Position numbers and translations under genes: made by a program. The notes under the pieces were generated by a model. It ran no database searches, was not told where the DNA came from, and saw only the letters and a program-made list of their open reading frames with translations. Of a stretch of DNA of 64,000 bases, positions 13,171-28,255 are shown piece by piece. Source of the stretch: Octopus vulgaris (taxonomy: Eukaryota); assembly GCA_951406725.2 (NCBI GenBank), contig OX597818.1, positions 8,060,001-8,124,000 on the forward strand, in the 5' to 3' direction. How positions within the stretch are numbered: the stretch's first letter is position 1; each line of letters begins with the position of its first letter.

Positions 13171-14649
13171 ATCATGCATTAGAAACAAGTAAAAAGTTTA
13201 GAATGTATAACTGATTAAATACTTGGGTTGATTAATGAATTAAGCGAATCACTAGAATCACACACAAAATTATGATCTGAGATTCAATCTCTTGAGTATA
13301 GCTTTGCGTTTAAGCAGTCTGGAGTTGAAGTACAAGGAAAGAGTTTATAGTTATACCATATAGCTTAGCCAAAAATAGAATTTCAACCAAGGGCCTTATA
13401 CCATAAAAATAAAATTGCCGGTAAGAAATACCTATGACATTTTTCTTATATTTACACTAAGGCTGACGGTGAGAAAAAAAATTCGTGGAGTTTGAGGGAA
13501 TCCATTACGTTCCAATTTCGAATCCTACCCAAGTCAATTTTGCTTTCAAAATTCAGTATCCCGTAAAGTATGTATCCGTTGTTATTTCTTTCTAGATCTG
13601 CCGTCATCTGCTACGTCTATAATCAAAGGAAGTGGTGGTATGAACATCCAATATTTGGTTTTGAGATATAATACATCTAGCATCGCCATACAAAAAATAT
13701 ATTTGATATTGGGCTTTATATGAAGAAATGGCTGATGTGTCTAGTAGTTCAACCGACAAGATACTGGCATACATTCCGTACAGGCTGAAGAACTGTAATG
13801 CGATAGCAGAGTTGATTTAGTCAGTTATATTTATTACCACAAAGTCTGTTGGACTGTAGTAATATTAGTATTCATTATTATCGTAAGAATTCTTCGATTC
13901 AGAAATATTGCTGGAGTAGGATGTAGATATTTCTTGCAAAATATGAATAGAAAAGTTCAAGTTAACACTGGTTTTCGTCATTAAGTTATATAATTAGTTA
14001 AAACGATGTCCTACTGCGAAGAGATTGATGACCTTGTGCAAGTTACACAAATATTCAGTTAAAGTACATGTCTTTTACTGTTAACATAAACAATCAAGTT
14101 TAAAAATTGTGTTTGAGAATGCGTTTTCGATTTTTCATCCGCTAAAAAATGTTTCCTTTATCTGAGTTGTATCTTTATATCAGCTAGGTAAATTGACAAA
14201 GCCTTGGCAAATATCGTTCATTATCAATAAATTTGTGTCAATAATATAAGGGATGGAAAACAATCATTAAGTACTTTAGATTTTACAAGCTGTCAGTAAT
14301 ATTTCATATAATACTACTTCCCTTATACTCGAAATAATTGTCAAACAACATTTCAGTCTTTTATATATAATCGCTTCCTATAGCTGTATACATATTTTTC
14401 AAGGCGTTACATGTGTTTCATTTTCCAAGGCAAGTTGATATTGAAATGTGTGCAACGCAAATGTTTATAAGCTGACGTTTATAAAACAATCCGAGAAAAA
14501 TTCCCATGTAGTGTGGGGATCTTTACAACATCAATTGACAAAAGTCTGTTGGAAGGGTTTTAAAAAAAAATCACCAGTAGAGAGGCCCAAAACTTCTGGG
14601 CTTCTCGAAAATCAAGGTGAATAACCTCCTCTCTTTCATTCTCCGATTA

Positions 14650-17600
14650 TCATGACTGTGTTGAAAGTGGAGAGTGGGAATATGTGTGGCCTGTAATCAG
14701 CTTGGAAACAAGGTCACTTGCTCAACAATGACAAGGCACTTGATTTTGATGTGGCTGCCATTAGCGAAACATGAATTTTAGGAAAGCACGCTCTTGCATC
14801 CATTTTCGAGGACAACGAAACATTTTCATCTTGTGGTCTAGCGGGCGCGGGAGGCGGTGTAGTAGTGCTATTCTGGAAATCTTTAGGTTTCCAAGTATGG
14901 ATGCTGGGGTGGTAGCCATGGATATGAATGGCAGCGAAGGTGGTGCCTTTAGGCTTGTGGCGGTTTACGTTTCAGCAGCGGATGGAAGGCTAGATTTCAT
15001 CAGGTGTCTAGAGACATTGTCGGGAACGTCTCGCAATTTAGTAATAGTGGAGCACTGGAATATTTTTTAAGAGACACGGAATGACTGTGTGGGTTTAGTA
15101 CATAGCACATGTGAGTTTAAAAGCCTCGAAAATCTGCTCAAGTTTTCCAGCTTTGTAGCATATACTGATTGGATTTAACTGATGTATCAGTGTGCCAGAT
15201 CTTATTTAGATGGATTACCGGTTAGGTCAGAGGATAGGTTGTCTACAGTTTAAAATGGTCGGCTACACACATCACAGATTTTTGATACGCACAGTCGATT
15301 TAAATAAGACCGGTAGGCAGGGACCCGGTTACTGAAAGCTGAAAACGCCATTATCGGCAGGCAAAGACTACAGGGACTGGATTAGTGAACTAGTTAATCG
15401 GCAGTTGGGACAATCGTCAACAACTGGTAGTGGATCGCCAAAGAAAGAAGAGAGCGATGAGAGTAGAATCGATAGCGTTTAGCAAACATTTACCAATGGA
15501 AGTACATAGATTAGAGGGAGAACTAGTTAGCAAACTAGAAGAGAAATTAGTAAAATGTAAGGTGACCGACGTGCTTGAGGCGAGAATGTCTCTTCACAAT
15601 TTCTTTGAGATCAAACTCGAAGGGTGCATTGTCAGAGCTACGGTCCGTGAGCTAAAACAGGAAGGAACTAAAGCTGTCTCTTGGGCGCGAACGGGAGAAA
15701 CACGATGTGAAAACCAAAAACGATCAGGTCTTTAACGGATGAAGACGGGAGTGGGTTATTCTGTTTTAAGCAGGTGTGTGTGGCTTTCCGGCAGATATTT
15801 GAGCGACAGTTTAGCGGATATTCTTTCGTACCTGGGCAGCCTATCGCGGCTCACAGTAGCGGATGCGAGATTCTGCGAAAAGCCAATTAAAGCCATTGAA
15901 ATATGTGAAGCGATGGGGATTGCACAAGTCGCAAATCATCCGGTTTGGAATGTCTGCCCGATAAATTCTAATTATTCATGCCAGATTCGTTTGGTAGCAT
16001 CTTGGCAGACATCTACAGTAACTGGCAGCAGATTGGGATAGTTCCTAGAGCTGTTAGTCAGGAGGTGGTAACGTTGCTGAGAAAGGACGTCGTCAATGGA
16101 GGCGTGCTAAGGAATTTTCGGCTCATAACACTGCTAAACACAGAAATTAAAATTTTGGCTAAGGTATTGGCGAAAAGTTTGGCGCTTGTCGTCGATATTC
16201 TGGTCGGGGAAGTACACACGAGTGCAATTCCGAACAGGTCTATCCATGACAACCTCCACATACATTATGGAGATGCCTAGGCCTATAGCTGGCTTTGGTG
16301 GGGCCCTGATCAATGTATATCAGTCGAAACTTTCGATAGGTTCGACCATCGGTACTTGAAAGCCGCTCTTAATGTGATGCATTTTGTAACCATTTCAGAG
16401 GATGGATTGCTGCAATGCACAGCGGCACATGCACGGTGGTAAAGTAAACGGCCACCTATCGGAACCGTTTCGCATCTCACATTCGGTCTCTCAGGGATGT
16501 TCTTCTATATGTGCTGGCTCTAGAGCCAATCAGAGGATGTTGGCACAGTTAATAGGCCTCCCTTTCGAAATTCAACACTGGAAGGAAGTGTCGGCGTAGG
16601 AGGACGACGTCATCATCATAGTGTCGGACGCCTCCGAAGTGAAGACGGTCCACTCCATCGTAAAGGAATGTAGGTCAATTGAAGGCGCTAAAATATACGT
16701 GGACAATTCGGTGGGAATGTGCCTGGGCACCTTGAGAGGCAGAACGATGCCGTCAGACAAGGTCGTCGGATGCTGGATTAACGGACCAGTTAAACTGCTC
16801 AGCGTCTGGTTCGGTCCAAATCCGCAGGTAGAAAAGAATTGGAAAGAGGTAACGAACAGGGAGGGCTGTGTTACCCAGAAATTGGCGGAACGGAAGTTGT
16901 CCCTGAACGGTCGGTCAGAGTTGGCGAATGCCTTCATCGTCTCCGTCATCATTTACCGTTTGACTGTCGCCCCTTTCCCCAATTACTGGTTGTTTACTTT
17001 TTGTGTTTTTGTTGAAGGGACCCTTTCCAATGATCGGGCAGTTAATCTGCTGCTATTTTCCTTTGCTTGGCGCCTGAGGCATGCTATGGCTGTTGATGCG
17101 CAGACACGAACTCAGGTTGCGCCACCTTCAACGATTTCTAGAAGGTGAACTGTGGGATCTGAATGTGAGACACGCTTTTTCGCAACGCGTCTCCTTGACG
17201 GTGCTGCAGTCCTAGTAAAAGATAGACTGAGATTGGGCGTCTGGTTCCTAGAATGTCATCAGGAGCTCAATGTCTTCAACAAGTCGGGTAATAGGATTGG
17301 TGGATGTTCCACTTTATGTATATGTAAAAGCATTAGTAGCAGGTAAGTGCGACAATATCCTTAGAGAGACCGAAGACAACTAGCTTCGATGAAGACCATC
17401 TTGCTAGTCTACTCCGGAGGACTTTCCGATTGGGGAATTCTATGGATAATTTCGAGATGTCTTTGACCTGGCAATGCTACCTGGTGGCTGGATGGGACGC
17501 TATCAGTTCGAGATAAACTCTACAAGCTCGGAATGTACTGTCACACGGGCTTGTCCGAGGTGAAAGCAATGAGAATAGAGACCTTCCTCTTTAGTAAAGC

Positions 17601-18053
17601 CCCCATTGACGTTTTCAAAATTCACTTGAAAATGAAAGTGTGTGTGTGGTGGGGTGATATGTAAACGGAGGTGTTGTCCTCGATTGAATTTATCAAAAAG
17701 TAGGTGAAAGTTGTGTAAATAGCTAGAGCGCGCGATACTACTCTAAGTGTTGACCTGTGAGTCGGAAGAAAAGGAGATTAAGAGGGTACTTATTCCCGGT
17801 ATTCAGGGTGATCTTGGATGGTGGGGACCCTCGATTATCCCCAAAGGTCCTCCTGTATCACGAGGACACCATCATCATCAAGTTTATTTCTTCTGTTTAA
17901 TGCTGTATACTATGCTTACTTCCATTGTATTAATGTCAACTCTATATAATGTCCTTCATATTTTAAAGCCATTCCATTATATGTAAAGCTCATATTTGAT
18001 GTCTGTCTTTGTATTAACTCCATCATTCTTCGCCCTGGTGACGAATAAAAGAA

Positions 18054-18055
<2 letters not shown>
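14650..18055 (+). mobile_element. Decayed L1/Tx1-clade retrotransposon: APE endonuclease, RT and 3' UTR with AATAAA and (ATT)n tail
   Basis: MTVLKVESGNMCGL...FDVAAISET (endonuclease start); NFRLITLLNTEIKILAKVLA; SVSQGC; A*EDDV (mutated YADD) near 16593-16610; RKLSLNGRSELAN; many stops and frameshifts; AATAAA at 18044. Confidence 0.92.
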
Positions 18056-19043
<988 letters not shown>

Positions 19044-19360
19044 AATGTGTGAAAGAACAGCACATGCCAATAAAATGATATTGGATTACATATATATGAA
19101 GCCCAATAACCCATCATAACTAAAATCTGGTAACAGAACCCCAGGTTAATGCATCACAACCATATATGCATTACATGATAAACAGTGCATAGCCTATCTG
19201 ACGGGGCCCAGTTAGAAATTTCTTTAGGACGAGTAGCCCATTCTGCTCAAAAAGTCCCTTAAAAAGTGGTTGTTAGAAAATGTTGAACAAAACAACCATG
19301 TTTCCAGAGGTGAATTATTCAAACCCCAAATCATTCTCTGAACAGACTACTCCCACACTA

Positions 19361-20643
19361 CGAGGGGCGTTCAATATGTAATGCTCCTGACCCACTTCCC
19401 ATAGCAGTAGAGCAACGAAACTTGGCACAGTTATTAGTCTTTTTCTACATAGGAATCACCCAGAGTTACGCATTTCTCCCATTGTTTGATGCGGCTCTGG
19501 AGACCGTTTTTGTAGAAGAACCCTGTTTGGTCCTCCAACCTCAACGTGACTTCAGAAATCAAGGCTGCATCATCTGGGAAACGCTTTCCTTTCAAAAACA
19601 ACTTCGTGATTGGGAAGAGGTGAAAATCAGAGGGTGCAAGGTCAGGAAAGATGGGGAGGAGTTCATAGCCATACGCCTGTGCTTCTGATCTAGCGACAAG
19701 CAAGTTGTGGACCGGAGCGTTGTCCTGCAGGAGGAGGATGCCTTTGCTGATCTTGCCCCGCCTCTTGATTTTGATAACTTCTCTTAATTTCCTCAAAAGT
19801 GAAGCATAATAGGCTCCTGCAATTGTGGTACCCTTTGCCAGGAAATCTGTCATCACTACTCCGTCCTGGTCCCAGAAGACTGTGAGCATGACCTTGCCAG
19901 CGGAGGGCTGCACCCTTGCCTTCTTTAGAGGGGGTGAGTCACGGTGCTTCCACTGCATTGACTGGGCTTTGGTCTCTGGATCATCGTGATGGACCCAGGT
20001 TTCATCCTGTGTAATCAGTCTTTTGAAAAATGTTGACTCATCTTCTTGGCACATCTCCAAATTCACCCTCGAGTACTCGACGCGTTCTTGCTTCTGGAAA
20101 GGCGTGAGCAACCTGGGAATCCATCTGGCAGACACCTTTTGCACATGCAAATGGTCATGAATGATAGTTTCCACAGACTCGGTACTAATCTTGACCTCAT
20201 GGGCTATTTGGCGAATAATTATGCGTCGATCTTCCAAAATGGCAGCCTCAACTTGATGGACAGATGCCTCATCAATGGCAGAAGAGGGCGACAAGATCTG
20301 GGAGCTGTTTCCACAGAGTTCCGACCATGTTTGAATTCACGATGCCAGCGTTTTACAAGGTCATATGATGGGGCATCATCACCATAAGTTACTTTCATTT
20401 CATCAAAAGTCTCCTGTGGTGTGCATCCTTTCAAATACAAAAACCGGATCACTGCTCGACACTCAGTAGGCTCCATTTCACACTTGACTCGGTTCAAACA
20501 CCTGTAAATCAGAAACCACAATTAATTCAGAGCTGTAATTTGACACTTTCTCTATAGGGATATAAATATTTGCACATGCAAAGTTTCAGCTAGATCAAAC
20601 AACTGTAAGTGGGTCAGAGGCATTACTTATTGAACGTCCCTCG
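19361..20643 (-). mobile_element. Full-length mariner DNA transposon (1283 bp) with TIRs and TA target duplication
   Basis: TA|CGAGGGGCGTTCAATATGTAATGC.CTGACCCACTT ... AAGTGGGTCAGAGGCATTACTTATTGAACGTCCCTCG|TA. Confidence 0.96.
19434..20476 (-). pseudogene. Mariner (DD34D-type) transposase, frameshifted
   Basis: MEPTECRAVIRFLYLKG..., WIPRLL, ITQDETW, LQDNAPVH, PDLAPSDFHLF; frameshift near 20290; three codons missing from the HPPYSPDL motif (31 residues between the last two Asp). Confidence 0.93.
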
Positions 20644-20947
20644 TACTCCTGCTCATGGTCAGATACGCAGATATTCTCAGCCAGAAAGTGACAAGACGAA
20701 CTGGTTCAGGTCAAGCAAATCTTTGGTATTGATATGAATATCTGCTGTAGCCCATTTTAAAACCAAGACGTTCTAACACTTCCACTCATTTAAAATTTTA
20801 CACCATGCCATTTTAAAACTTCCACTAACTAAATATATATACATAAAGTAACAAACTGAGGAAAATAAATCCTTCAAAGGGGTTTGTTAAACATCCAATT
20901 CACTGGTCCTTCAGTTGGATACCATATAAATATTGGTATAATTAAAT

Positions 20948-21273
20948 TATAAAGATATATTCAATATAGACATATTCTATTGACAATCCAATAATTTATT
21001 TATATACCACGTTATATTAAATACTATGAATATAATATATGACATAACATAATATTATATAAATAATTATAAAAACCATAAAAGGCCATAAAACCTTTAC
21101 AATCAAACCGTGTATGTTAGAAAAAAATATATGTCGAAATAATTTATTACACTTTTATTTATATAATATTATATTAAGTTATATATTATATTCATAATAT
21201 TTAATGTAATATGGTATATAAATGAATTATTGAATTGTCAACAGAATATCTCTATTTTTAATTTATCTTTATA
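20948..21273. repeat. Imperfect ~110-bp inverted repeat with ~100-bp spacer
   Basis: ATATTCTATTGACAATCCAATAATTTATTTATATACCA vs TGGTATATAAATGAATTATTGAATTGTCAACAGAATAT. Confidence 0.8.
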
Positions 21274-21427
21274 TATATACTGACATACACCTTGTTGAAT
21301 TTTTGAATTTCTGAATTTTTTTTTCCTTTGAAATTTTTCTTTTCCTTCTATAAGTTTTGCTGTGGTTTACTGATTTTGTAATTGTGCAGTGTGTAATATA
21401 TTGTTTTTTTTTTATCGTGCATTTAAA

Positions 21428-21691
21428 AATTTTCACACAAAATTACAGATATTAAAATTTCAAAATCTTTTAGACATTTTCGTTTGTATCTCCGATCTGG
21501 GAAGACTGTAGTGCTTTTGTAATGAAAGGGATGTTTACATTTTCGAATACTCAGGGAGAAAGAAAAGGAAAGAGAAGGAGGGTAAAGTTTTCACAGAAAA
21601 TTGTAGATTTTAAAGTTTCAAAATTTACTAGAGATGATCTTCTGTTTGTCCGAAGAGAGAAAACTGTAGTTTCTTAGAATAAAGAGGATGT
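21428..21691. repeat. Degenerate ~105-bp direct repeat (two units)
   Basis: TTTTCACA.AAAATT..AGAT.TTAAA.TTTCAAAAT...ACTGTAGT...GGATGT at 21428-21535 and 21586-21691. Confidence 0.7.
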
Positions 21692-22331
21692 ATCATCATC
21701 ATCATCATCATCATGATCCCCACCACCACCATCGCCACCACTGCCACCACCACTCAGCTGATCTGAGTGTATTCATTGGGATCTGCCATTAACTACAGCT
21801 AAATATTTAAATTGGAATGTAAAGCATGTAGAATATAGTCTTAGATTCACTATGAATTATTTAAAGGGATGTGGTCATGGTTAGAATGCTGTTATCATAT
21901 GCCTTCCTGATTAGTACAGAACGACAGTAAAGAATAACAATAGCATCAGGAGGAGCAAGAACACAAAAACAAAGCCTCAAAGTTTCGACATTGAAACATC
22001 TACATTATATTGCTATATAAAAGAAGAATATATTGGATTATGCATGACCTGATGATAAACTTTTGCTGAATATGAGATGATTATGGTTAGAGTATTCTGA
22101 CAACAACAACAAAATCTGAGCAATAAAGATTTGATCAACTTTTATCTTTAATCTATTGCTTATTTTGGTTACTGGACTGTGGCCTCGGCTTGGCCCTGCG
22201 TAGTAGAGCTTTGGTAAAACAAATGACACATTACATACACTACTACATTTATACACATATATGTGTGTGTGTGCATATGTGTGTATGTGTATGTATGTAT
22301 TTGTATATATATATATATATATACATATATA

Positions 22332-22505
22332 AGGCACAAGCATGGGTGTGTGGTAAAAAGTTTGCTTCCCAACCACATATTTTGAGTCCCACTTCACTTC
22401 ACTTTCAGTCCCACTTCAAGGCACCTTGAGAATTGTCTTCTACTAACAGCCTCAGGTTGACCAAACCCATGTCAGTAGATCTGGTAGACCGAAACTGAAA
22501 AAAGC

Positions 22506-22510
<5 letters not shown>
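22332..22510 (+). mobile_element. tRNA-derived SINE family 3 (GGCGCAGGCGTGGCTGTGTGGTAAG head)
   Basis: Similar to 29178-29345 and 33490-33585; ends GAAACTGAAAAAAGCCC then (TA)n. Confidence 0.8.
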
Positions 22511-22558
<48 letters not shown>

Positions 22559-24487
22559 TATAAATAATGGGGTTCCGCATATGCTCTGTTTACCGGTTTC
22601 ACTGAAAAGGAATTAGCTCAGCTGGGATAGAATAAATTACCGAAGGTATTGCTTAATGGAAATATTTGTATGTATTCAATAAAATAAAGAAAATGTTATC
22701 CAAGCATTTTGCAACTTTCATTTTCTTATTCATATATCAGATTTTAATAACGTAAACCTTGATAATAACATAAATAATTATTGTGTTAAACATTTTTCTA
22801 AGTTGAGAATGACTGCATTTGTTTTCCTATAAAGCAACAAAATCATCTGCTTCTATCAATAAAGATTTATAAAACCTCCTTTTGTTAAAAATAAACTCTC
22901 TTTTACTTAGAATATTTCCTTTTTCACAACTAATCTTTTTTAATGAAAATATTATCAAATAAACAGAATGCGCAACATAGAGTGAAACAGAGTGTCCAAA
23001 GTTCAGTCAAATGCGAAAAGTAAAGAATTTGTCAATAGGGAGAATGATGTTCTTGTAGAAAATGACAATAACAAAAAGAAAGAGAGATAAGAATGTAAAA
23101 TATAGTATCAGTAAAAAGTGCTCGTTGTTGCTGCTGAATTTTTTCCTGTGAAACTATATTGAAAATGTAAAGAAATAAAGAAATGTATGGTCATATAGGC
23201 ATCCTAATATATCTTGGTCCTGCTATTGATGGTGTTTTTCAAATGGAACCCAAAGAATACACATCAATTGTTTTCTCATTTACTTTTATGAACAAACCAA
23301 AATTTGTTACTCCACAACAATGGAAAAAGTAACTCAACAAATAAATATAAATGCAAAATTAAATAAAAAGAAAACCAATATGTGCCCACAACTTTCAAAT
23401 AAATAAATGTGCTGAAGGGAAAATAGTATGAAATACTGACATAAGATAAATAATATCTAAAACTAAATGAATGACAAAAAGCAAACAAACGATTTACCAG
23501 GTATGGATAAACTTTAGTCAGAGATTGTAACATTGGGGAATGTATGACAAACAAATCATTTATCATAGTTTGGTTCCTTACCTAATTGTCACCTGGACAA
23601 TGGAGAATTTTCTTGTATAAGATGTTGATTGATTACTGTGTACAGGTTATGTACCTCCCTAAACAACACACATTTATCAGACTTTCTTAAAGCCAAAGCA
23701 GCGCAGATACTGAAAGAAAGAGTTACAATATTCCCAACATTTAATATATATGTGGCGTTTTTGAAAAGTACCATACATAAATATAAAGCATACATACAAA
23801 GACAAACACATTTATATACATATATGTATGTATGCATTCATAAAAGAGAGATAATAAAACTTTATATAGGGGAAAAAGTTTTAAAACATTTAGCTTATAT
23901 ACATATATTCATGAACACATACATAAGTTCATACATACATACATGCATACATACATACATACATACATACATACATACATACATACATACATACATACAT
24001 ACATACATACATACATACATACATACATGTACATTCATACATACATACATGTACATTCATAAAGATTAACAAGAACAACAGTCCTATATACCATGAATAT
24101 GTTTACAGCTGTATTCAGACGTACAAGTGTTTTTCTTCTTGGCATTCAAATTGCATAAGTTTCATTCATTGCATTAATTTTACTTTTCTTTCCTTCCACT
24201 AGTAAATGTGTCCACATAAATTTCGAGAAAAGCAGCAAAGTGATCGCTTTCTCATATAAATTAACATTCAATATACACTCTTTGATTAATCCCTAATCTT
24301 ATGGCTGTTTCTTTTAGCAAACATGACTGGAAAATACTGGCACAGAATGTCTGTCTCTCTGACTAAATTTCTCTATATAGACATACACACAGAAGTATGT
24401 ATGCATATACAGTGACATACTTGTAGGTACGTATTTCTGCACACACACACACACACACATATGCGTATACATATGTGGGTGCGTGAG

Positions 24488-24539
<52 letters not shown>

Positions 24540-25787
24540 ATGTATGTTTACTTATGTAGTTGTTTTTGATCTGCTATTCTATATAGATTTATTTTTATTT
24601 ATCTTAGATGAATGAAGCTTGAAAAGAAATATATCCATACAAATATCCCTACTCTATTATTAAACAATGGCCTGATGCTTCACCATGTACCAGTGTGACT
24701 AGCAATTCAATTGTTGATCTATAAATGACATACACAGCCCACCTTCATTCAGAACTACTCTTTGCACTGCACGGATCTTTCCTCACACATTCTCTATCTT
24801 CTCTCTCTAAGTCTTATCAGTAATGATTTCATTGAGTTCTCCATTCCGTATGCTACATTCCACTTTGAAAAGGAACAAGAAATAAGAGAGAAAGGGCAGA
24901 AAAGAGTGAGATTGATTCTTTTCTTCAATGCATCCATGGAATCTTATATCTGTTTAGATGTTCCTTGCAATTTTTGAAATGAACGCAACACAATTTTTAT
25001 ATTGTTTTCTCAATATCGCAGCAGGATTTTCAACAATAAAAATTGAAATTTCTAATTATCATGATTTGAACATTGATCAATGCAGTGTGCCAAATCCCTA
25101 GAAAGCGCATTAAGGAAGTAGAGTATTATAGTAATGGGATTTGGTCGTATGTAGTCTGTTGTGCAGTCAGGTAAAACCAGCTTCTCCTTTTGAATGATTG
25201 TTAAGAATTAAACTGTTGTCTCATTGTTCCTGATTTCATATCTAAATGCAAGAATTCTGTTGCATAGCTTCACAAAATATCTATTTCCTGTAACATGTAT
25301 TTTCTTCTCTTGAAAATACTTACTGATCTTCCTGGGGAAAGATATCCATGAGTGAACTGTCATCTATTTACAGCAAGTGCTACCCCTCGTCTCTTTTTTT
25401 CCTTTAAGCAAATGTTCAAGTAACTCCATTGTTGGAAGTAACTCCATTTATTATTCAACAGATATATTCAACACTTCACAGAGATGGATATATCTTTATA
25501 TTTTAGGATGACAAGTTTGAATTTGTGGCCTGTATTGAAGCATAAACTAGATATCATTGGCTTTGAATAGATAGAAGACATTATTCTAAAAGCACTAATC
25601 ATTTTATTGGCCATAGTATGAAGTGGTCAGTTAGCAAATTTTTTAACAATAAAGAAGAGAGGGAATTCGAGAAACACATGGAAAGTGTTCTGTTAAGTAT
25701 GATTCCTTAGAGTGAGAGAGGATATTGAAATGATCAAGCTTGATAGAAAGTTTGATCTGTTTATGCAGCAATACCTATTTATTTACT

Positions 25788-26000
25788 ACCCACAAGGGGC
25801 TAAACACAGAGAGGACAAACAAAGACAGAATAACGGATTAAGTCGATTATATCGACTCCAGTGCGTAACTGGTAGTTATTTAATCGACCTCGAAAGGATG
25901 AAAGGCAAAGTCGACCTCGGCGGAATTTGAACTCAGAACGTAACTGCAGACGAAATACGGCTACGCATTTCGCCCGGCGTGCTAACGTTTCTGCCAGCTC
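25788..26000 (-). mobile_element. SINE family 2, well-preserved copy
   Basis: Minus strand GAGCTGGCAGAAACGTTAGCACGCCGGGCG...GAGTTCAAATTCCGCCGAGGTCGACTTTGCCTTTCATCCTTTCGAGG (B box plus core). Confidence 0.88.
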
Positions 26001-27899
26001 TGTGGCAATACATTTTAATATGTTTCCTATCATTAGAATCTGTTTGGATTAACACTTGTGAATTTGAAATAAGCGGAAAGAAACACAAAAAAATGCTGTT
26101 AGAGTGGGTGTATATGTGTATATAAAGAAATTGAAGGGAAAATAGATAACATTTCACCACATAAGTTCATAAAAAAAACAAAACATTTGCTAAGTTGCAC
26201 TGAACTAACCATACTGGAAATGATATTAATTATATTTGTTGGTCTCGATTCTGAATACATGAAAACAGCATATATTATACTATTTTAAGTTTTAAAATAT
26301 ATAATTGAGTCAAGAACCAGAATAAATACTGTTGTGGACTAGATCCAGGACATTGGCCATGTAGTTGACATGGTTCAGTTAACCAGATAACATACCGAGC
26401 TTCAATCACATTAATACCTGCTCTTCTGTCAATTAAACAGTTAAGTACAGTAGCGAATAAGAAATTCAGTAGCTGTTAAATGCCAATTGTATTAATCATT
26501 CAGCAGTTAAACATCAACTCTAATAACAATCCAACCTTCAAATACCAAATCATTTGACAATTAAGTATTTAAATAGCAGCTCCATGAAGCATTGAGCTGT
26601 AGTGCTATTCCTCTTATGTTGAGTAGTTAAGAATCATCTTTATTGAACATTGTGCAGTTATGTACCAGCTGTTTTGACTATTACACATTTATGTAATAGC
26701 TATACTGATTGTTTAGCAGTTTAGTACAAGATACACTGTATGTTTACATCAACAAACCAATGGAGGTATTTCTACTTTAACATTCAAGACTGCTAGATAT
26801 AGAAGCCACATCTCCCTTAAATCATACTCTACATCCATTCAGTCAGGGCTGACTTGGGACTAAAAAACAACCGATATGTTTTATGAAGACAGAAAGTTGT
26901 ACAATCTATGAAACCTCAGTATTGTTGCTCTACCTGTTAGGTATGAGCCAAGTTGCTGTCAAAACAAACATTATTATTTTAAAGAATGAAAAGCTATTTT
27001 GAATGCCGTAGTGCTGAATAAAATGATATCAATAGGCTGAGAAGCAAATACTACAATGCATAGATAAGTTTATTTGATCAGATCATACCTAGGGTTAATT
27101 TAATAACATGGAAACGCTTATTTAATTCTACGCTGGTCATCTTTCCTTGCTGCTGGATCTTTCCTTTCAAGTTGCATGATAAATTTAACACTTTAACACT
27201 GAACAAACAAAAGCACATCAACTATTACACATAATCTACAAGCAAAAATAATCTGAAGCTCTTGTCAAGGTGAACCACAATATTTGGAGTACATTGGTTT
27301 AAAACTGACGGTGAAGGCAAACTTATAAGAAGTTAACAAAAATCTCAGAATTTAATTTACAAATCATTTGTCTATTTGGGAAATTGTTTATAGTGTAATG
27401 CCTATATGAGTTTTGTAGGTAGAACCAATAGATAGATATACATATTGTTGACCTTATGCATAACACATTGCCGGTGATAAGATAAAACAGCATAGAACAA
27501 ATAAAGGTGAACAGTTTCTAAGTTAGGAGCTCATATTCTAATTTCTTTAGCACTTAATGATAACTCATTAGCAAGATTTAAAAAAGAAACATTTGCTAAA
27601 AATAAGAAAATTAAGGCAAGATGTTTCTAAAATGTTGTTCCCAATTTCTCTACTCTTCAAAATTTTCTTCTTATTTCTGTTAGAAATAAGAATGAAAATT
27701 TGTCGAAATGAATTCACTCAATGAATAAAAATGAACACTTAATTATTTTGAATTTATATTTTAGCAAGGGCAAAAACATTATTTATTAACTCTGATGAAG
27801 CTACGATTAAAGACTTAGATTTTATTTAATTTATTTATATGGAATAATTTTCCTCATATTGGTGACATATTCTCCATTAAATTAAATGAAACACGTGTT

Positions 27900-28090
27900 A
27901 AGTAGTCAGAATTGTTAGCATGCCAGCAAAATGCCTAGCAGCATTTTGTCTATACTTATGTTCTGAGTTCAAATTCCGCCAAGGTTGACTTTGCTTTTCA
28001 TCCCTTCAGGTTCGATAAAAATAAGTACCAGGGAAGTACTGTCGTACTGTGGGCAATGTAATAGAATAACAGGCCTTGTAACTATAATAT
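27900..28090 (+). mobile_element. SINE family 2
   Basis: GAGTTCAAATTCCGCCAAGGTTGACTTTGCTTTTCATCCCTTCAGG. Confidence 0.82.
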
Positions 28091-28199
28091 AAATGGTAAT
28101 ATATACAAATGTGTGTGTGTGTGTGAGTATATGTGTGTGTGAGTATATGTATGTGTGTATGTATGTATATATACATACATAATACATATACACGTATAC

Positions 28200-28254
<55 letters not shown>

Positions 28255-28255
<1 letters not shown>

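Larger units (their letters stand above)
19045..20795 (-). mobile_element. Old copy of the non-coding (TAA)n-associated element, split by the mariner
   Basis: 19045-19360 and 20644-20795 rejoin at CCCACACTA|CTCCTGCTC, matching CCCACTACTTCTGCTC in intact copies. Confidence 0.85.

Noticed and set aside
24740-25620. Coding-like composition on the minus strand
   Set aside because: The frames I translated were interrupted by stops and showed no recognisable homology
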